Part shown: in pieces, positions 59,939 to 64,000 of the stretch
Position numbering within the stretch: position 1 is the first letter of the stretch
How the letters are laid out: every line of letters begins with the position of its first letter
Assembly: GCA_944387385.1 (NCBI GenBank)
Contig: CALXES010000001.1
Span: 7,713 to 71,712 of the forward strand
Origin: an uncultured Clostridia bacterium
GTDB taxonomy: Bacteria; Bacillota; Clostridia; TANB77; CAG-465
Reading direction: 5' to 3'
DNA: 64,000 nucleotides
Notes under the pieces: generated by a model
The model's database searches: none
Seen by the model: only the letters and a program-made list of their open reading frames with translations
Told to the model about the DNA's origin: nothing
Made by a program: the position numbers and the translations under genes

Positions 59939-60085
59939 ATGAATGTAGTAGCGATAAATGGAAAATACACAAATAATAAAGAACTAATGATTATTCCTGA
60001 TGCAGTTCATACAGATTTATATGATAACTTAGATATAATCCCTTTTGATAAAATAGAAGAATTTTTTAAAATTTATTTAAAATAA
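59939..60085 (+). pseudogene. 48-codon remnant resembling the C-terminus of an alpha/beta hydrolase
   Basis: MNVVAINGKYTNNKELMIIPDAVHTDLYDNLDIIPFDKIEEFFKIYLK. The xxHxDLYD...IPFDKxxxFF ending looks like the catalytic-His end of a dienelactone-hydrolase-type protein, and there is no upstream body. Confidence 0.4.
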
Positions 60086-60094
60086 ATATAATAA

Positions 60095-60127
60095 AATACT
60101 TTATACGTTACGTATAGAGTATTTTTT
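60095..60127 (+). terminator. Rho-independent terminator
   Basis: 13-bp stem aatactttatacg/cgtatagagtatt (one G:U pair) plus a T-run. Confidence 0.8.
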
Positions 60128-60187
60128 GTTTCTGTGTTATAATTTTTTTAAAGATTAAGTAGTATAGTAAATAGGAGATAAAAATAT

Positions 60188-61423
60188 ATGCAAAAAATAA
60201 AAGATAATATTTTTGAAATTGAGTTAGAGGACATAAATGAATTTTTTAACACTAGGGATGAAAACTTAAATAAAGGAGATTTTGGAACTGTAGGTATTAT
60301 GGGAGGATGCAATAATTATTCTGGTGCAGTAAAACTTGCTAATATGAGTTTTTGTGCACTAAGAGCTGGTTGTGGAATATCACGTGTTATTATACCAAGT
60401 ACTATTAAAGATTCTGTTGCACCACATCTTCTTGAACAGACATTATTTTTAATGGATTCAGATAAAGATGGACACATGATATATAATAAAGAAAAAGTAA
60501 AAGAGGCATTATATAAATTAGATGCTTTAGCCTTTGGTATGGGGCTTGGAAATGGAGAAGATAATAAGAAAATATTAGAAGAAATTTTACAAGTATTTTC
60601 AGGCACAGTTATATTAGATGCAGATGGATTAAATACACTTTCAAATATGGATATAGAGATACTTAATAAAACTAATGCAAAGGTAGTTTTAACGCCACAC
60701 TTAAAAGAATTTGAAAGATTAAGTAAAATAGATTTAGAAGCTATAAAAAATGATAGTATAAATATTGCTATAGAGTTTGCTAAAAAGTATAATGTTATAT
60801 TGCTTTTAAAAGGAAGTACAACAATAGTAACTGATGGAAATATAACATATTTAGTAAAACGTGGTTGCGCAGGTATGGCCACTGCGGGGAGCGGAGATGT
60901 ATTATCTGGGGTGCTTAGTGGTACTTTAGGATATAAGGAAACAAGTGCTTTATCTGTTGCAGCTTGTGCTTATCTTGCAGGACTTGCAGGAGAACTAGCT
61001 CAAGAAAAGTATTCAGATATTTCAATGACAGCATCTGGTACAATAGAATTTATACCAGAAGCAATTAAATATATAAGAGAATGTAAAAATAACTTAGTTG
61101 AAATTGAAGATTTTAATAAAATAGATATAAGAGTAGGTACAATTGTAGATGCAAGTATTAATAAAGGTGCAAAAAAAAGTGCATATAAACTAAAAATAGA
61201 TTTTGGAGAAGATATTGGTATAAAAATGTCTTCTGCACAAATAACAGAGCTTTATACTACAGAGGAGTTAATAGGAAAACAAGTTATAGCAGTAACAAAC
61301 TTTAAACCTGTAAGAATATCACAGGTAAAAAGTGAGGTATTAGTACTAGGAATAGATTCTAAAAATGGGGTAATCTTATTAGAGCCTAATAAAGAGGCTA
61401 AAAATGGTAGTAAGGTATATTAA
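60188..61423 (+). CDS. ADP/ATP-dependent NAD(P)H-hydrate dehydratase (YjeF_C) fused to a CsaA/EMAP-like tRNA-binding domain
   Basis: GDFGTVGIMGGCxxYSGA, DADGLN, LTPHxxEFERL, LLKGSTTIV and GMATAGSGDVLSG motifs. The same frame then continues into FNKIDIRVGTIVDA...YKLKIDFGE...LIGKQVIAVTNFKPVRI...SEVLVLG. Confidence 0.85.
   Translation: MQKIKDNIFEIELEDINEFFNTRDENLNKGDFGTVGIMGGCNNYSGAVKLANMSFCALRAGCGISRVIIPSTIKDSVAPHLLEQTLFLMDSDKDGHMIYNKEKVKEALYKLDALAFGMGLGNGEDNKKILEEILQVFSGTVILDADGLNTLSNMDIEILNKTNAKVVLTPHLKEFERLSKIDLEAIKNDSINIAIEFAKKYNVILLLKGSTTIVTDGNITYLVKRGCAGMATAGSGDVLSGVLSGTLGYKETSALSVAACAYLAGLAGELAQEKYSDISMTASGTIEFIPEAIKYIRECKNNLVEIEDFNKIDIRVGTIVDASINKGAKKSAYKLKIDFGEDIGIKMSSAQITELYTTEELIGKQVIAVTNFKPVRISQVKSEVLVLGIDSKNGVILLEPNKEAKNGSKVY
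61094..61420 (+). other. C-terminal tRNA-binding (CsaA-like OB-fold) domain of the fusion
   Basis: The DIRVG ... KIDFGE ... NFKP ... SEVLVLG motif series is typical of CsaA and the MetRS C-terminal domain. Confidence 0.75.
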
Positions 61424-61457
61424 AATGGTAAGAATTGCATTTCTTACCATTTTTTTG
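61424..61457. terminator. bidirectional Rho-independent terminator (overlaps the merR 3' end)
   Basis: Perfect 10-bp stem atggtaagaa/ttcttaccat with a 6-nt loop, an A-run upstream and T6 downstream. Confidence 0.8.
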
Positions 61458-61836
61458 GATTTGTAGGATCTTTAATTTGATTAGATAAAACTTTATCATA
61501 TATTTCTAATTTATGATTTAAAAATATAGAACTTTGATTTAATTTTTTTATTTCTTCATCTATTAATTTCTTTTGCTCTAGTATTATATTTTTTCTTTCT
61601 TTTACAGTAGAATCACCTATTAAACATAAATTTACATATTCTTTTATTGATTTAATTGACATACCACAGTTTCTTAAGCATATTATTCCTTGTATCCAGT
61701 TTAATGTTTCTTCGTCAAATATACGGTTATTATTTTTATCTCTTTTTAAGTTTGGAATTAAGTTTTCGTCAGAATAATATCTTACTGCATGTTCAGATAT
61801 ATTAAATTTTTTAGCAACATCTTTTACTGTTAACAT
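61444..61836 (-). CDS. MerR-family transcriptional regulator
   Basis: MLTVKDVAKKFNISEHAVRYY HTH start and a coiled-coil dimerisation helix. Confidence 0.9.
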   Translation of the reverse strand: MLTVKDVAKKFNISEHAVRYYSDENLIPNLKRDKNNNRIFDEETLNWIQGIICLRNCGMSIKSIKEYVNLCLIGDSTVKERKNIILEQKKLIDEEIKKLNQSSIFLNHKLEIYDKVLSNQIKDPTNPKKW

Positions 61837-61867
61837 TATAAAAATCTCCTTTTTATTTAAAAAACTA

Positions 61868-61898
61868 TTGACTTAGAGTTACTCTAAAGTGATATAAA
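61868..61898 (+). promoter_or_regulatory. MerR-type promoter with a 19-bp spacer and a palindromic operator
   Basis: TTGACT (61868-61873) and TATAAA (61893-61898) are separated by 19 nt. The spacer holds the perfect inverted repeat TTAGAGT-T-ACTCTAA (61873-61887). Confidence 0.65.
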
Positions 61899-61941
61899 TA
61901 TATCATGTTTAAAATAAAAATGCAATAGGGAGGAAAAAAAT

Positions 61942-62793
61942 ATGAAAGAAGTTGTTTTAAGTAATGGTGTTAAAATGCCAATATTAGGATTTGGAGTATA
62001 TCAAATTCCAGATTTAAATGAATGCGAAAAAGTGGTAAGTGATGCAATAAAAGTAGGATATCGTTTAATTGATACAGCACAAGCATATAATAACGAAGAA
62101 GCGGTAGGAAATGCTATAAAAAAATCTGGAATCGATAGAGAAGAATTTTTTGTTACTTCTAAAGTATGGATATCAAATGCAGGTGAAGAAAAAGCATATG
62201 CTTCAATACTTGAATCACTAAAAAAATTACAGATGGATTATATAGATTTGATGCTAATACATCAACCTTTTGGATATTATTATGGAACTTATAGAGCAAT
62301 GGAAAGAGCATATAAAGAGGGAAAAATAAAGGCAATAGGTGTTTCTAATTTTTATCCAGATAGATTTATAGATATTGCAAATTTTGTTCAGATACCACCA
62401 ATGGTAAATCAAGTTGAAACACATGTATTTATGCAACAGAAAAAAGCACATGAAGTTATGCAAAAATATAGTTGTATACATGAGTCATGGGGACCTTTTG
62501 CAGAAGGAAGAAAAGAATTTTTTAATAATGAGACTTTAGTTGAAATTGGTAAAAAGTATGGTAAAACATCTGCACAAGTCGCACTTAGATATTTAATTCA
62601 AAATAATGTAGTAGTAATTCCTAAAACTGTACATAAAGATAGAATGGAACAAAATTTTAATGTTTTTGATTTTGAACTTTCAAATGAGGACATGAATAAG
62701 ATATCTAAACTTGATGAAAAACAAAGTTTATTCTTTTCACATTATGAGCCAGAAACAGTAGAACAATTTATGGTTTGGGGTGGAAGAAAGTAG
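61942..62793 (+). CDS. aldo/keto reductase (2,5-diketo-D-gluconate reductase-like)
   Basis: MPxLGFGVY, LIDTAQAYxNE, LIHQP, GVSNF and IPKTVHKDRMxQN motifs. Confidence 0.92.
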   Translation: MKEVVLSNGVKMPILGFGVYQIPDLNECEKVVSDAIKVGYRLIDTAQAYNNEEAVGNAIKKSGIDREEFFVTSKVWISNAGEEKAYASILESLKKLQMDYIDLMLIHQPFGYYYGTYRAMERAYKEGKIKAIGVSNFYPDRFIDIANFVQIPPMVNQVETHVFMQQKKAHEVMQKYSCIHESWGPFAEGRKEFFNNETLVEIGKKYGKTSAQVALRYLIQNNVVVIPKTVHKDRMEQNFNVFDFELSNEDMNKISKLDEKQSLFFSHYEPETVEQFMVWGGRK

Positions 62794-62817
62794 TATTTAA
62801 AAGAGAATGAATTTAAA

Positions 62818-62850
62818 AATAAGATAATTTTTTAATTATCTTATTTTTTC
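62818..62850 (+). terminator. Rho-independent terminator
   Basis: Stem aagataatt/aattatctt with a 4-nt loop and T6. Confidence 0.8.
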
Positions 62851-62962
62851 ATTTAGGAAAAATTATTTTTATTATAATATAAGTGATATATTTTATTGTA
62901 TTTTAAAGAAAAGAATGATATTATTATATAAAAATATATTGATATATATAATAGGAGGAGAA

Positions 62963-64000
62963 ATGTTTAAATTACATTCAAAATACAAACCAACAGGAGA
63001 TCAACCAGAAGCAATAGAGACTTTAGTAGATGGAATAAAAAAAGGATACAAAGGAGAAACATTGCTTGGTGTTACAGGATCGGGAAAAACATTTACAATT
63101 GCAAATGTAATAGCAAAAGTAAATAAACCTACCATTGTAATGGCACATAATAAAACTCTTGCAGGACAGTTATATAGTGAGCTTAAAGAATTTTTTCCAG
63201 AAAATGCTGTAGAATATTTTATATCTTATTATGATTATTATCAGCCAGAAGCTTATATTGCATCTACTGATACATATATTGAAAAAGAGAGTCAGATAAA
63301 TGATGAAATAGATAAATTAAGACATAGTGCAACTGCAGCACTTTTTGAAAGAAAAGACGTTATAATTGTTGCATCTGTATCGTCAATTTATTCTTTGGGT
63401 TCACCAGAAGACTATAGTTCAATGGTATTATCTGTAAGACCTGGAATGAAAATTGATAGGGATGCAGTTCTTGAAAGATTAATTGAAATGCAGTATACAA
63501 GAAGTGAAATGGACTTTAAACGAGGTGAATTTAGAGTAAAAGGTGATGTATTGGATATTTTTCCAGCTGGAAATGGCGAAGAAGCAATAAGACTTGAGTT
63601 TTTTGGAGATGAAATTGATAGAGTATGTCTTATTGAAGCTATAACAGGAAAGGTTAAAGCTACCTCTAAACATGAATTTATTTATCCTAAATCACATTAT
63701 GTTATACAAAAAGAAAAAATTGATTCAGCAATAGATAAGATAAAAATAGAATTAGAAGAGAGGATAAAATATTTTAAAGAAAGAGATAAAGTTGTAGAAG
63801 CATATAGAATTGAACAAAGAACTAATTTTGATATTGAAATGCTTAAAGAAACAGGTTTTTGTCAAGGAATAGAAAATTATTCCGCAGTCTTATCTGGTAG
63901 AGGAAAGGGATCAACACCATACACTCTATTTGATTACATGGGAGATGATTTTTTAGTTGTTGTTGACGAATCGCATGTTACAATTCCACAAATTAGAGGA
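62963..64000 (+). CDS. uvrB: excinuclease ABC subunit B, 5' part (3' end lies outside the window)
   Basis: It is absent from the ORF track because it is open at the window end. The ATG at 62963 follows GGAGGAG. The sequence reads [18 protein letters not shown]..., with [18 protein letters not shown] and DESH motifs, and is open to nt 64000. Confidence 0.95.
   Translation, partial: MFKLHSKYKPTGDQPEAIETLVDGIKKGYKGETLLGVTGSGKTFTIANVIAKVNKPTIVMAHNKTLAGQLYSELKEFFPENAVEYFISYYDYYQPEAYIASTDTYIEKESQINDEIDKLRHSATAALFERKDVIIVASVSSIYSLGSPEDYSSMVLSVRPGMKIDRDAVLERLIEMQYTRSEMDFKRGEFRVKGDVLDIFPAGNGEEAIRLEFFGDEIDRVCLIEAITGKVKATSKHEFIYPKSHYVIQKEKIDSAIDKIKIELEERIKYFKERDKVVEAYRIEQRTNFDIEMLKETGFCQGIENYSAVLSGRGKGSTPYTLFDYMGDDFLVVVDESHVTIPQIRG

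Overview
Very AT-rich chromosomal segment from a low-GC anaerobic Firmicute, probably Clostridia-like; the species cannot be identified from the sequence alone. I call about 70 protein-coding genes, most of them on the + strand. I found no rRNA or tRNA genes, no CRISPR array, and no transposase, integrase or phage genes.

The backbone is housekeeping: gatB (partial), desulfoferrodoxin, recG, der, ppaC, rsmE, ruvB-queH, a T-box-controlled thrS, recJ-relA-MBL-ung, queA and tgt, cls, folD, hup, ogt, tag and uvrB (partial). Many Rho-independent terminators and sigma-A-like promoters can be read directly.

The most unusual content is a ~12.5 kb cell-surface island between thrS and recJ (19.1-31.7 kb). 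It holds two collinear giant wall-anchored stalk proteins with about nine CnaB/SpaA-like Ig domains each. Their N-terminal tip domains differ: one is CHAP/NlpC-P60-like (Cys/His), the other is a Cys-Gln thioester (TQXA-type) domain. Both end in non-LPXTG sorting signals (NTGD and APDTGD). The only sortase in the window lies 12 kb away. The island also carries a TetR-headed acyltransferase-GT8-GT8-acyltransferase cluster.

Other oddities:
- A long RelA/SpoT homologue whose hydrolase (HD) motifs are all degenerate, translationally coupled to an MBL-fold hydrolase.
- An ABC ATPase plus an ABC-2 permease::CPBP protease fusion inserted between queA and tgt.
- An NAD(P)HX dehydratase fused to a CsaA-like tRNA-binding domain.
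- A ThrRS lacking the TGS domain.
- An orphan DpaA-like gene.
- A run of small nucleotide/DNA house-cleaning genes (MYG1, HIT, Ogt, Tag, Nudix and others).

All functional calls rest on motif recognition by eye; no database search was run.
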